Shown: positions 8,318-17,771, counted from the stretch's first letter. The stretch is 64,000 bases of DNA from Candidatus Woesearchaeota archaeon (GCA_016845225.1 JAERTB010000010.1:12294-76293); one strand, 5' to 3'. Program-made: numbers and translations. The notes: a model not told the origin generated them from the letters alone.

Positions 8318-10456
8318 ATGGCTAAGAAAGTTGATGATATTGTAGATAAGTATGAGAAAAAGTTAGAAGACCAATATGGTGAAGATTATATTGCTAATTT
8401 TGAACCTGAGATTATGAATAAAGAGTATGAATTATTTCGTTCTGAAATACTTGAAAGTAGAGTTACTAACTATGAAAGATGGTGCGAAATTGCTGAAGGT
8501 ATCTTGAAAGTAAGTCCTACGCCTAAGGATGTTCCTAAATTAGAAGAGAGTATTGAAACTGCTCATTTGAATGTTACTCCTTCTTCTGCTGCAAGTCTAG
8601 GGGCATTAGTTGGTTTAGGGTTGATATTTTTTGGTATTTTGGTTTTAGGTTTGAGTTACGCGTTGGGCGCATTTAGTTTTTTCTTTCCATTATTGTTAAT
8701 TCTTGGTGGGGCAGTTGTAATAAAACCAATTAGCAATATGCCTATATTTTTAGCTAATCGTTGGAGATTGGAAGCAAGTAATCAAATGGTTCTTTGTATT
8801 TTGTACATTGTAATGTATATGAGACATACAAGTAATTTAGAACATGCAGTTAAATTTGCTGCACAACATGTTGGCCCACCATTAAGTTTAGATTTGAAAA
8901 AAGTATTTTGGGATATTCAAACTCAAAGATTTTTTAGTATTAAAGAAAGTTTAGACCATTATCTGAAAGGATGGAGGGAGTATAATTTAGAATTTGTTGA
9001 AGCATTTCATTTGATTGAAGGTAGTTTGTATGAATCAGATAATAATCGAAGAGTAATGTTATTAGAAAAATCTTTGGAAGTAATGCTTGAAGGAACTTAT
9101 AATAAAATGTTGCACTACGCGCATAATCTGAAGGGTCCAATTACACTATTGTATATGCTTGGTGTAATCTTACCAGTATTGGGGTTGATTATGTTTCCAT
9201 TAATTGGAAGTTTTATGGGTGGTGCTGTGCAATGGTATCATTTAGCTTTAATGTATAATTTAATATTGCCTGTTGTGTTAATTGCAATGGGAAATAATAT
9301 GCTTGCTAAAAGGCCTACGGGTTATGGTGAGAGCGAAATCTTGAAATCCAATCCTGAGTTTAAAGTTTATGAACAGTGGACTATTAATGATAGGTTAGTT
9401 CCTTTTAGTCCAAAAGCTGTTTCAATATTTGTTGCTGTTTCTATTTGTTTAGTAGGTATCATGCCTTTACTTGTTCCCATTATTAGTCCAGGTTTAGATT
9501 TTGAGTTTTTTGGTATGGGTTCTTTTTTTGACTGGAAGAGTTTTGGGGGACCTTATGGTGTGGGCGCATTGTTGATGAGTTTGCTAATTCCTATTGGTTT
9601 AGCAATCGGTGTTTCAATGTATTATAATATTAAGACTAGAAGGCTGATTAAAATTAAGAAAAAAGTTGATGACCTTGAAGAAGAATTTAGCGGAGCAGTA
9701 TTCCAATTGGGTAACCGTATTGGTGATGGAATTCCTTCTGAGATGGCCTTTGGAGAAGTTGCAGAAACAATGACTGGAACACCTACTGGGAATTTCTTTA
9801 GTACTGTGGATAGAAATATTAGGAAATTAGGATTTGGAATGGACAAAGCAATCTTTGATTCAAAAGTTGGAGCTATTTTGTTGTATCCTAGTAATTTAAT
9901 TCAAAGCACTATGAAGGTTTTAGTAGAGAGTGCAAGAAAAGGTCCTCAAGTAGTTAGTGCAAGTTTGGTGACTATCAGTAAATATGTAGATAGAATTAAA
10001 CAAGTAAATGAAAGATTGAAAGATCTGCTTGCGGATATTTTGAGTAGTATGACTAGTCAAATTAATTTTTTAACACCTTTAATTGCAGGAATTGTTGTAG
10101 GTATTGGAAGTATGGTTACTACGATTATTAATAAGCTATATGTTTCTTTTGAACAATTTGGGAGTGGAGGTGCAGACGCTCCAACGAATTTAGCCGCAAT
10201 TACCAGTATGTTAAATGTTAAGGATGCAATTCCTAGTTATTTTTTTCAAATTGTTGTAGGAATTTATGTTTTACAAATAACTATTATCTTAACTATATTG
10301 AGTACAAGTATTGAGAGGGGCATGGATACGACAACTACTAGAAGTAGGATTGCTGCTAATATCAAAAGAAGTATGACTTTGTATACTATTGTGTGTTTTA
10401 TTGGGATTATATTGTTTAATTTACTTGCAATGAGCGTTACTTTCAATCCAACATAA
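8318..10456 (+). CDS. pilus assembly platform membrane protein (TadB/TadC/PilC/FlaJ-like, two fused domains)
   Basis: Immediately follows the ATPase; two soluble helical domains each followed by TM clusters; GDGIPSEMAF motif. Confidence 0.85.
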   Translation: MAKKVDDIVDKYEKKLEDQYGEDYIANFEPEIMNKEYELFRSEILESRVTNYERWCEIAEGILKVSPTPKDVPKLEESIETAHLNVTPSSAASLGALVGLGLIFFGILVLGLSYALGAFSFFFPLLLILGGAVVIKPISNMPIFLANRWRLEASNQMVLCILYIVMYMRHTSNLEHAVKFAAQHVGPPLSLDLKKVFWDIQTQRFFSIKESLDHYLKGWREYNLEFVEAFHLIEGSLYESDNNRRVMLLEKSLEVMLEGTYNKMLHYAHNLKGPITLLYMLGVILPVLGLIMFPLIGSFMGGAVQWYHLALMYNLILPVVLIAMGNNMLAKRPTGYGESEILKSNPEFKVYEQWTINDRLVPFSPKAVSIFVAVSICLVGIMPLLVPIISPGLDFEFFGMGSFFDWKSFGGPYGVGALLMSLLIPIGLAIGVSMYYNIKTRRLIKIKKKVDDLEEEFSGAVFQLGNRIGDGIPSEMAFGEVAETMTGTPTGNFFSTVDRNIRKLGFGMDKAIFDSKVGAILLYPSNLIQSTMKVLVESARKGPQVVSASLVTISKYVDRIKQVNERLKDLLADILSSMTSQINFLTPLIAGIVVGIGSMVTTIINKLYVSFEQFGSGGADAPTNLAAITSMLNVKDAIPSYFFQIVVGIYVLQITIILTILSTSIERGMDTTTTRSRIAANIKRSMTLYTIVCFIGIILFNLLAMSVTFNPT

Positions 10457-10497
10457 ATTGAGTAATTATTATAAATGATTAAATTAGGAGTTTAAGT

Positions 10498-12348
10498 ATG
10501 TTAAAAGGGGAAGAAAAATTGAATAACGTATTATATAGAAAGCTATTTGGATTATTGGCATTTTCTTTTGTTTTTAGTTTTATTTTGATGAATACTGTTG
10601 ATGCTTTGGTTTATTTGGGCCAAAGTTATTCTGGTTGGGGAATGTTTGGGTATGGTTTCGATGATATTGTTTCTTTGTATTATATGTATCCTGGTTGGAT
10701 TGATTTCTTTATCTTTTTTGGAATATTCTTATCATTAGGGAAAGCAGTATTTGGTCAGAAATTTGAAGGTGGTGCAGGAAAAGGATTGGCACTTAGTATT
10801 GGTGTTGCATTATCTTTAGGTTTAGTTTTATTTGAAAGTAATACTGGAATTTATTTACTTGCAGAAAGCGCAATGATTGTATTTTTCTTAGCATCTGTTG
10901 GTGTGTTTTATGGGTTATTTGTGTTGTTACATAAAAAAATGGATTTGAATAAAGCAATTTCTTTTTTTGTTTCTTTAATTGCCACCTATTTCATGTGGTT
11001 GTTAATCACTTCTTATACTGGTCTCGGAACTCTTGACTTTATTGATTTTGGATTTAATAATTTGAATATGGGTGGGCCACTTTCATTAATGCTTTGGCTA
11101 ATATTTGCATATGCTATTGTTAAATTACTTATCCTGCTTTTTGGAAGTGCTGGTGACTCTAAAGGTAAGGGCTTTAGTTGGCCTAATTGGTTAAAACCTT
11201 GGAAATGGAGAAAAGGCAAAAAGAAAAAAGGAAAGGATCCAAAAGTCCCTGAAATTATTACTAATCAAACAACTAGTGACGTTCCAGTTGTTACTACTGA
11301 AATAAATTTTGAGGATCTTAAAGAAGATCCTGAAAAAAAGATGGATGAAGGAAGGTTGAAACGTATTGAAGCATTATTGAAGTATATAATTGATAATATT
11401 GGAAAAGATGATGCAAAAATAAAACAATTACTTGCGAGACTTCAAGCATTAATAGCAACAATACAATCTAGTGGCGAGTTAACAAATGAAGCCGCAAACT
11501 TAACAAATGAATTGAATAAAATTGTTAAAGCGTTGAGAGATATTCAAAAAACATTAAATGGGAATCGGACACCTTTTGATGGATTGGAATCTATGAAATC
11601 TTATTTTGAAGGACTTCTTAGAGGATTAAATCAGATTATTGGTAAGCTTAATGGAGTGAAAGAATTAAAGATTCATATTTCAGGAGTTAATTCTTCAGAA
11701 GGTCAAATTTTAGAGTTACTAGAAAAATTAAAAAAAGCAATTAAGGCATTAAAATCTGGAAGTAAACCTTATTATGGAGATATTGGACAGTGGACAATAA
11801 ATCAATATTGGAAGATAATAATAAATCTTAAAGAAAAACCACAACCTATTCCTGTTCCACAACCAATTGTTGAACGTAAAAGGGGAATTAATGATTTGAA
11901 ACAAAAATATGTTGCTTATTCTTATGAGTTGTTTAGAAAAAGGAAAAAAGCAGGGACTCCTGAAGAAGCAGATAAGATTAGAAATAGAATTATGAGGATG
12001 CTTTCTGTTTTTGATAAAATAATTAAAATGGCCGAAAAACAAGGAGTTTCAAAAGAAGTCTTTTTGTCCAATAAATATGGGAATACAAATAGTCAGGCAC
12101 CTGAGGCATATTATGCAAAAATTATTGAACAAATGAAGAGAGATTGTCAACCACTTTATAGGGAATTAGTTATGCAAGTGCATCCAGATAAGTCACCAAA
12201 TAATAAGTTCAAAGAAGTTTATACTCAAATGTTTAAGGCAGTAGTTAAAGCAAACAGTGAAGGCAATCTTGGAGATTTAATGAGGCTAAAAAATAAAATT
12301 GCTAAGTTTATGAGTGAGTATGGAGGTAGACGTGCTCTTGGACCTTGA
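10498..12348 (+). CDS. multi-TM membrane protein with coiled coil and C-terminal DnaJ-like J domain
   Basis: About 6 TM segments in the first 220 aa, long coiled coil, LYRELVMQVHPDK...FKAV near C-terminus. Confidence 0.75.
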   Translation: MLKGEEKLNNVLYRKLFGLLAFSFVFSFILMNTVDALVYLGQSYSGWGMFGYGFDDIVSLYYMYPGWIDFFIFFGIFLSLGKAVFGQKFEGGAGKGLALSIGVALSLGLVLFESNTGIYLLAESAMIVFFLASVGVFYGLFVLLHKKMDLNKAISFFVSLIATYFMWLLITSYTGLGTLDFIDFGFNNLNMGGPLSLMLWLIFAYAIVKLLILLFGSAGDSKGKGFSWPNWLKPWKWRKGKKKKGKDPKVPEIITNQTTSDVPVVTTEINFEDLKEDPEKKMDEGRLKRIEALLKYIIDNIGKDDAKIKQLLARLQALIATIQSSGELTNEAANLTNELNKIVKALRDIQKTLNGNRTPFDGLESMKSYFEGLLRGLNQIIGKLNGVKELKIHISGVNSSEGQILELLEKLKKAIKALKSGSKPYYGDIGQWTINQYWKIIINLKEKPQPIPVPQPIVERKRGINDLKQKYVAYSYELFRKRKKAGTPEEADKIRNRIMRMLSVFDKIIKMAEKQGVSKEVFLSNKYGNTNSQAPEAYYAKIIEQMKRDCQPLYRELVMQVHPDKSPNNKFKEVYTQMFKAVVKANSEGNLGDLMRLKNKIAKFMSEYGGRRALGP

Positions 12349-12363
12349 AAATAATTTTGTTGG

Positions 12364-12376
12364 AAAGGTTTAAATA
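12364..12376 (+). promoter_or_regulatory. archaeal BRE/TATA promoter
   Basis: AAAGGTTTAAATA about 23 nt upstream of ATG 12399; the same element recurs before several other genes. Confidence 0.6.
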
Positions 12377-12398
12377 AATTAGAGTATGATTTGAGGTT

Positions 12399-12821
12399 AT
12401 GGCAGAATTTATGTTGCTTCCAGCACTTTATATGGGGTTAGTAGTTGGGTTATATGAAGCTATTTTGTTACATAGAGATGTTAGTGTTCCGACTCACAGA
12501 TTTGGACATATGATTCATGCTATGATATTTGCGATGGTTGCAGTTTTTGCAAGTATGAATGTGGATTTTGTTTTAAGTGTAATTCCTGCATTGGGAAATA
12601 TTCCATTAATAAATAATCCCTTAATTTTTAGAATCGCAATAGCATTAGTCGCCATGATTAAAATGCACGCAGTTAGTGCTGCTGCTCCCGGAATGGCTGG
12701 AGGAACTGTAGGTATGAGAGAAAAGTGGAGTCATAGTTTTATTATTGCTGCTACAATAGTTGCTGCACCTTATGTTTGGCCTTTTATTGAACCGGCTGTA
12801 GGGTTTTTACCTGGAATTTAG
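12399..12821 (+). CDS. conserved membrane protein, unknown function
   Basis: 140 aa, about 4 TM segments, several His residues; TATA box and GAGGT RBS. Confidence 0.8.
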   Translation: MAEFMLLPALYMGLVVGLYEAILLHRDVSVPTHRFGHMIHAMIFAMVAVFASMNVDFVLSVIPALGNIPLINNPLIFRIAIALVAMIKMHAVSAAAPGMAGGTVGMREKWSHSFIIAATIVAAPYVWPFIEPAVGFLPGI

Positions 12822-12822
12822 A

Positions 12823-13053
12823 ATGTTGGGGATGAATTATTTTGGAGTTGAGGGTATGGTTCTGCCCATTTTATTTTATTTTCTTATTTTTTGGGAAGGT
12901 GTATGGAAAGGAATTGCTATGTGGAAAGCTGGAAGAAATAATCAATTAGCTTGGTTTATTTCTATTTTTATATTAAATACTGCAGGTATTTTGCCTATTG
13001 TTTATTTGTTATTTTTTAGAAAAAATAAAGTTAAGAAATCTAGAAAAAAATAA
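12823..13053 (+). CDS. DUF5652-like small membrane protein
   Basis: WKGIAMWKAGRNNQLAWF...NTAGILPIVYL signature. Confidence 0.8.
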   Translation: MLGMNYFGVEGMVLPILFYFLIFWEGVWKGIAMWKAGRNNQLAWFISIFILNTAGILPIVYLLFFRKNKVKKSRKK

Positions 13054-13602
13054 TTATTTTTTCTTATCATGAGGGTGATGTTTTCCTGTTGGCTTTTCGT
13101 AATAAGGAATTATTTTTAGAAGTCTTGGAATTCTAGTTAGGGGTCTTAAGAATCTAACTGCAAATCTGGACCTTGAGAACTTGCTTACCTTTTCTGCTTC
13201 TCTTACTAATTTTGTTGTTTCTTTTTCAATTGCAGTTATTTCCTTTGCTTCTAATCCTAAGTGTGCTAGTGATTGAGTTTCTTTAACAGTATCTGATATT
13301 TTTAGGATTAAGTATATTTCTTCAATTGCTCTTATGAATAAGTAAAAGGGAAATACTACAATGATGTCTAACCAATAATTTTTTATGAATGGTTTTATTT
13401 TTCTTACTCTGATAAATTTGAATAATAAATCAATTACAAAAGTTCCAATGATAATATGGTCTAGAATCTCAATTTGGTGTTCATAATGATGTGCAAACTC
13501 TTTGAAGAAGAAAGTTACTATGATAACTCCAAGTAGAAGAAATACCATGTAAGGTATTAATTTATCTATGAACTTCTCTAATTTATGAAACCTCTTTTGC
13601 AT
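13054..13602 (-). CDS. stand-alone voltage-sensor-like (S1-S4) ion-transport domain protein, no pore
   Basis: S2 IEILDHIIIGTFVIDLLFKF, S3 YWLDIIVVFPF, S4 RFAVRFLRPLTRIPRLLK; the ORF ends shortly after S4. Confidence 0.7.
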   Translation of the reverse strand: MQKRFHKLEKFIDKLIPYMVFLLLGVIIVTFFFKEFAHHYEHQIEILDHIIIGTFVIDLLFKFIRVRKIKPFIKNYWLDIIVVFPFYLFIRAIEEIYLILKISDTVKETQSLAHLGLEAKEITAIEKETTKLVREAEKVSKFSRSRFAVRFLRPLTRIPRLLKIIPYYEKPTGKHHPHDKKK

Positions 13603-13644
13603 ATTAGATTGTTTTTATTGTTCTTATATAAAATTAGTGGAAGG

Positions 13645-13657
13645 GAAGGTTTAAATA
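13645..13657 (+). promoter_or_regulatory. BRE/TATA promoter of pilin cluster
   Basis: GAAGGTTTAAATA about 23 nt upstream of ATG 13680. Confidence 0.6.
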
Positions 13658-13679
13658 TTTTGGAGAGGGAATATTGTTT

Positions 13680-13790
13680 ATGAAAGGGGAAATTGATCTT
13701 AAGCAGTTAATGACTATCATATTGATTATGTTGTTTGCTTATATTATGTATACAATTATTCAAAAAAATTTAGGTGGTATCCTTGGTTAG
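13680..13790 (+). CDS. 36-aa mini-pilin-like protein
   Basis: Manual translation MKGEIDLKQLMTIILIMLFAYIMYTIIQKNLGGILG; TATA box and GGAGAGGG upstream; KG followed by a hydrophobic helix. Confidence 0.65.
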   Translation: MKGEIDLKQLMTIILIMLFAYIMYTIIQKNLGGILG

Positions 13791-14964
13791 ATTTTATAGA
13801 AAAGGAGATTTGCAACATTCTGCTATGATTTTATTAATTATGGCGGGAATTGGTTTGATTATTTATTCTTTATTTTTCGCTAATTTGAAAGGAGTAGTGG
13901 AATCTACAACTGAAGATGAAGTTTGCAGAACTAGTGCAGCGATAAAAGCTAAAACTAAGTGGCCTGCTGGAGCAGGTTCACCTGTTGATTTGAAATGTAC
14001 AATTAATGATTTTGAATCTGATGCTAAAAGTAAAGAGGAAGTTAAATTAGAAATTGCTAAAGAAATGTATCGTTGTTGGTATAAATATGGTGAAGGTAAA
14101 CTGGATTTCTACAGTAGTCTGGATTTTGGGAAAAGTGAAACTCATTGTTTAATATGTTCTAGAATTGGATTTAGTGATGTTGTTGAAGGTGTTAGTTTTG
14201 GTGAATTTGGTGCTTATTTGAATAGCCCATTACCTGGAAGAGAAGAAACCTTTGCTGAATATTTTACACAAACTCCTAATGCTAAAATTCAATTAGGAAG
14301 TCAAAGTGGAGAAGGAAATGCTCCTCCTGAAGAAATGATGGATTTATCTAGAGGACTTTATGTTGTGTTTAGAGTGAATAAACATAATGAAGATAATCAG
14401 GCGATTGCTTCTATGTTTACAGATGATGAAATGGGCAGTGTTCCTTATGCAGGAGATATTGCTGGTGCTGGAGCTTATCAAGGAGGAATAGCATATATTA
14501 AAGGTGCAGAAGTTGTGAGTGGATTTACTGATGATGCAGGAAAAATATTAATTACTCACGTAGATTCAACTGGAAAATATTTTGTTAGGGATGTTGCTGG
14601 AAGAACGGTTACTGGTTTTGGACCAAAAACTTTTGGAACTGTTTCGGAATTAAATGCTATTGCCCAAGCTCAAAACTTAAAAGTTGTTTCAAAAACTGGT
14701 CTGAGGAGTTTGATTAAAAGAACTGCTATGGCCACTCAAAGAGCAGGACTTGCAATTGCAAGTACAAAGGTAGGAAAAAAGGTAGCCGGAAATATTGCAG
14801 TTAAGACAGGAGGAAAAGTTGCTAGTAGGTTTATTCCCGTTGCAGGTTGGGCATTGTTAGTATATGATGCTGCTAGTGCACTTGCATGGGCTGGCGAATT
14901 GCATCCTTCTGTTGTGTTGTATGGAGTAAGTGATATAAATGGAGTATGTGATAGTTTAAGTTAG
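13774..14964 (+). CDS. large pilin-like (class III signal peptide) protein with Gly/Ala-rich C-terminal hydrophobic hairpin
   Basis: RKG/DLQ followed by hydrophobic helix; paired Cys; KVASRFIPVAGWALLVYDAASALAWAG near C-terminus. Confidence 0.75.
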   Translation: MVSLVRFYRKGDLQHSAMILLIMAGIGLIIYSLFFANLKGVVESTTEDEVCRTSAAIKAKTKWPAGAGSPVDLKCTINDFESDAKSKEEVKLEIAKEMYRCWYKYGEGKLDFYSSLDFGKSETHCLICSRIGFSDVVEGVSFGEFGAYLNSPLPGREETFAEYFTQTPNAKIQLGSQSGEGNAPPEEMMDLSRGLYVVFRVNKHNEDNQAIASMFTDDEMGSVPYAGDIAGAGAYQGGIAYIKGAEVVSGFTDDAGKILITHVDSTGKYFVRDVAGRTVTGFGPKTFGTVSELNAIAQAQNLKVVSKTGLRSLIKRTAMATQRAGLAIASTKVGKKVAGNIAVKTGGKVASRFIPVAGWALLVYDAASALAWAGELHPSVVLYGVSDINGVCDSLS

Positions 14965-14973
14965 GTGTAAAAT

Positions 14974-15108
14974 ATGGAAGTTGAAGAATTAGGAAAAATA
15001 TTGTTTTTTGTTGGATTGTTGATACTTTTGATTTATTTATTAAGCGGTGCAGGAGATAAAATGTTTGATTTATTTGATAAATTCAAAAATTTGTTGTTTT
15101 TTAGATGA
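14974..15108 (+). CDS. 44-aa single-TM mini-pilin-like protein
   Basis: Manual translation MEVEELGKILFFVGLLILLIYLLSGAGDKMFDLFDKFKNLLFFR; AGGTG RBS; ATGA overlap with the next ORF. Confidence 0.65.
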   Translation: MEVEELGKILFFVGLLILLIYLLSGAGDKMFDLFDKFKNLLFFR

Positions 15109-15248
15109 AATTTGGAAAAAAAGGTGTAGGTTTGGCTGTTGAAAAATTAATTAAAATGGTTATAGTTATAGCTATGTTGTTGGTATTATTTTATTTTTTG
15201 AAGAATCTTTCTAATGCAGGTGATACTTTTTTAGGAATGTTTAATTAA
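15105..15248 (+). CDS. 47-aa mini-pilin (class III signal peptide)
   Basis: Manual translation MKFGKKG/VGLAVEKLIKMVIVIAMLLVLFYFLKNLSNAGDTFLGMFN. Confidence 0.7.
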   Translation: MKFGKKGVGLAVEKLIKMVIVIAMLLVLFYFLKNLSNAGDTFLGMFN

Positions 15249-15284
15249 CGGAACGTTTAAAAGAATAAAGGGTGTTGATTTATT

Positions 15285-16730
15285 ATGGTGATTAGTAAAA
15301 AAGGGGTGAGCCTTCCTATTAATTTAATTATACTTGTAGTTATCGGATTGTTTGTTTTTGGAGCTGTTTATTTTGGATTTATCAAACCTTCTCAAGAAGG
15401 AAGTGATATATTTGGAAAACAAATTGATGTGTTTAAAGATAGGAAATTTGCTTTAATGGATTTGGATACACTGACTCATAAAGAGAAACAAGATGCATGT
15501 GATTCTAACCCTCAAGCTATTGTTGATAATACAATAAGTAAGATTGATAGTTATATTCCTGATAATTGTGTTTTGGCTAAAAGTGTTGCTGAAAGATTGA
15601 AAACTGGTAAAGTTGATGGGTGCAATAATAATTTTGAGATAGTTGCTGCTAGTTTGAGTGAAATTGAGGTTTTGATTAAAAAGGCCGATCTTTGTATTGA
15701 AACAATTGACAAGATAAAGGCTGCACAAATAGTAGAGGAAAAAGAAGTTTCTGATAGTATTTCTGATGATGAAGTTTATGGAGAGCTTTATGATGGAATT
15801 TTGAAAAGTTATGAAGATATTGTTAAAGTTTATACTATTGGGTTTGAGAATATTTGTAGTAATGAAATGAATTCGCTGATTAAGCAATCTAAGCAAAATG
15901 TGAAGGAACTATTAAATTTGGACGGCAATCTTTCAGAAAAACAATTTGATAACATAAATAATATTCTGGCACAATCAAGATATTTTGAGTATTATTGTGA
16001 AACTTTAAAGAATAACTGTGATGCAAATACAAAGGTATTTGCTGTTAAAAATGACAAGCAACCTTCTTATAAATATTCTTTTGAGAATCATGGAAATTCT
16101 GAGTTACCTTCTGATTTATTAGGAGAAAAAATAAAAACGGCATATCATGTTACTAAAGCAAATTGTTTGAAAGATGATTCAAAATATGAATTAGCATGGG
16201 ATGAATTTATTTCTGCAGCTAAAATAGATAGTTTTTCTAATCTTGTTACAGAGAATAAATGGAAATATATTTCTCTTTTATTTGAAAAGATTTTCAAATA
16301 TGTTTCTGTAGATGAAATGGAAGAGATTTATGATGATGGCGAGGGAATGAATAAAATTGTTGAGAGTAATTTAGTTGGTTGTCCAGAAGATGGAATTGAA
16401 GCATCTGAAGATATGAAAGAATGTCACAATTTTAATGAAAAAGTGCTGCTTAAGTTTATTGGTCCTAATGGAACTAATGAAGTTGATAGTTTGAGCGATG
16501 CGTTACAAAAAGAAACAATTCCTTCAAGGTATAAATCTAAATTTTTATGTTATTTTGATTCTAATATGGGAGATGAATGTGATTCCTGTGTTGGTATAAA
16601 TTCTTGTGAAGATTATCCTACTCGCGGTTCTGAGTGGATGGAAGTTTGTGCGGCAGATCCATGTAATGTAGGACAAAACGGTTGTTATGCCGTTGATGGT
16701 TTGGTGTTGAATTATTGTGTTGCACGTTAG
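15285..16730 (+). CDS. large Cys-rich pilin-like protein
   Basis: KKG/VSLPINLIILVVIG; helical middle region; Cys-rich C-terminus. Confidence 0.8.
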   Translation: MVISKKGVSLPINLIILVVIGLFVFGAVYFGFIKPSQEGSDIFGKQIDVFKDRKFALMDLDTLTHKEKQDACDSNPQAIVDNTISKIDSYIPDNCVLAKSVAERLKTGKVDGCNNNFEIVAASLSEIEVLIKKADLCIETIDKIKAAQIVEEKEVSDSISDDEVYGELYDGILKSYEDIVKVYTIGFENICSNEMNSLIKQSKQNVKELLNLDGNLSEKQFDNINNILAQSRYFEYYCETLKNNCDANTKVFAVKNDKQPSYKYSFENHGNSELPSDLLGEKIKTAYHVTKANCLKDDSKYELAWDEFISAAKIDSFSNLVTENKWKYISLLFEKIFKYVSVDEMEEIYDDGEGMNKIVESNLVGCPEDGIEASEDMKECHNFNEKVLLKFIGPNGTNEVDSLSDALQKETIPSRYKSKFLCYFDSNMGDECDSCVGINSCEDYPTRGSEWMEVCAADPCNVGQNGCYAVDGLVLNYCVAR

Positions 16731-16780
16731 AAACATTTAAATAGTAAATAAATAAAAATTATACAGAAAGAAGTGATATA

Positions 16781-17173
16781 ATGAAAAGATTATTTAGAGA
16801 TAAGAAAGGTGTTGAATTAACTTTAAACACAGTTATTATTGCAATTCTTGTTGTACTCGTTCTTGTTGTACTTATTGGATTTCTTTTAGGTGGAACTGGA
16901 AAAGCTAAATCTCAAATTAATGAATTGTTTGATACTAGTACAAGTGCATCTACGCTGAGTGTTGCTATTGAGCAATGTAAAATCTATTGTGATCAAATTG
17001 AAGAAACTGGAATGGATGAAACTGAAATTGCTAAGAATAAAGCTAATTTACCTTTTTGTAATAAAGGATTCAAGATTGATGTTAATGGTGATGGTGAAAT
17101 CTTAGATGATGAGAACTCAGTTAAGTGTAGTGATGCTCCATTATTTGTAAGCTGTCCTGCTGTAACTTGTTAA
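16781..17173 (+). CDS. archaeal type IV pilin (possible major pilin)
   Basis: KKG/VELTLNTVIIAILVVLVLVVL; CxxxC motif; own TATA box. Confidence 0.85.
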   Translation: MKRLFRDKKGVELTLNTVIIAILVVLVLVVLIGFLLGGTGKAKSQINELFDTSTSASTLSVAIEQCKIYCDQIEETGMDETEIAKNKANLPFCNKGFKIDVNGDGEILDDENSVKCSDAPLFVSCPAVTC

Positions 17174-17217
17174 GTTTTACTCAATAAATTTATAAGTGTT
17201 TAAACGTTCTTGTGAAT

Positions 17218-17730
17218 ATGTTATTTAGTAAGAGAGGACAACTATCTGGAATGGATGAAACTATTCCTGGAATATTAATTGGAGTAGTTATCACAGTTAT
17301 TCTAATTGGTTTAGGTGTTAGTTTTTGGGGATTATTTATCGGTGGAAGCGGAATAGATTCTCTTTCTCAAGAAACATTTGAATTAGTAACTAATGATATT
17401 CTAGATATGTATAAATTAAATGAATCTCCTAGAAATGTCCCAGTTCAATTCGATGATGCATATACATTAGTTGGGTTTGGTAGTGGAACTGAAATTGCAG
17501 GAGCATGTAAGGGAAATACAGTAATCCGATCTACTAAATGTGATGGGCCATGTATTTGTCTTTGTGAGAATGAATACGGAGATAATATGTGTAATTCTAA
17601 AAAAGTAATTTGTAGAGATTTTACCGGTATTGGTTTGGATTTTGAAGGCGATTGTAATTTAGTAGAAGGCGAAGGCGAATTACAAATTATTAAAATTAAT
17701 CAAGAGAATAATCAATTCACTATTTCTTAG
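17218..17730 (+). CDS. pilin-like protein
   Basis: KRG/QLSG followed by hydrophobic helix; CICLC motif. Confidence 0.8.
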   Translation: MLFSKRGQLSGMDETIPGILIGVVITVILIGLGVSFWGLFIGGSGIDSLSQETFELVTNDILDMYKLNESPRNVPVQFDDAYTLVGFGSGTEIAGACKGNTVIRSTKCDGPCICLCENEYGDNMCNSKKVICRDFTGIGLDFEGDCNLVEGEGELQIIKINQENNQFTIS

Positions 17731-17771
17731 GTTATCAAAAACCATTTAAGGTTAGAATTTATCTTGTTAAT

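Noticed and set aside
5899-10456. Archaellum (FlaI/FlaJ) operon
   Set aside because: No FlaH, FlaF/G, archaellin or chemotaxis genes are recognisable nearby; the ATPase is much longer than FlaI.
13054-13602. True Hv1 proton channel
   Set aside because: Lacks the S1 selectivity Asp and the S4 RxWRxxR signature; kept only as a generic VSD.
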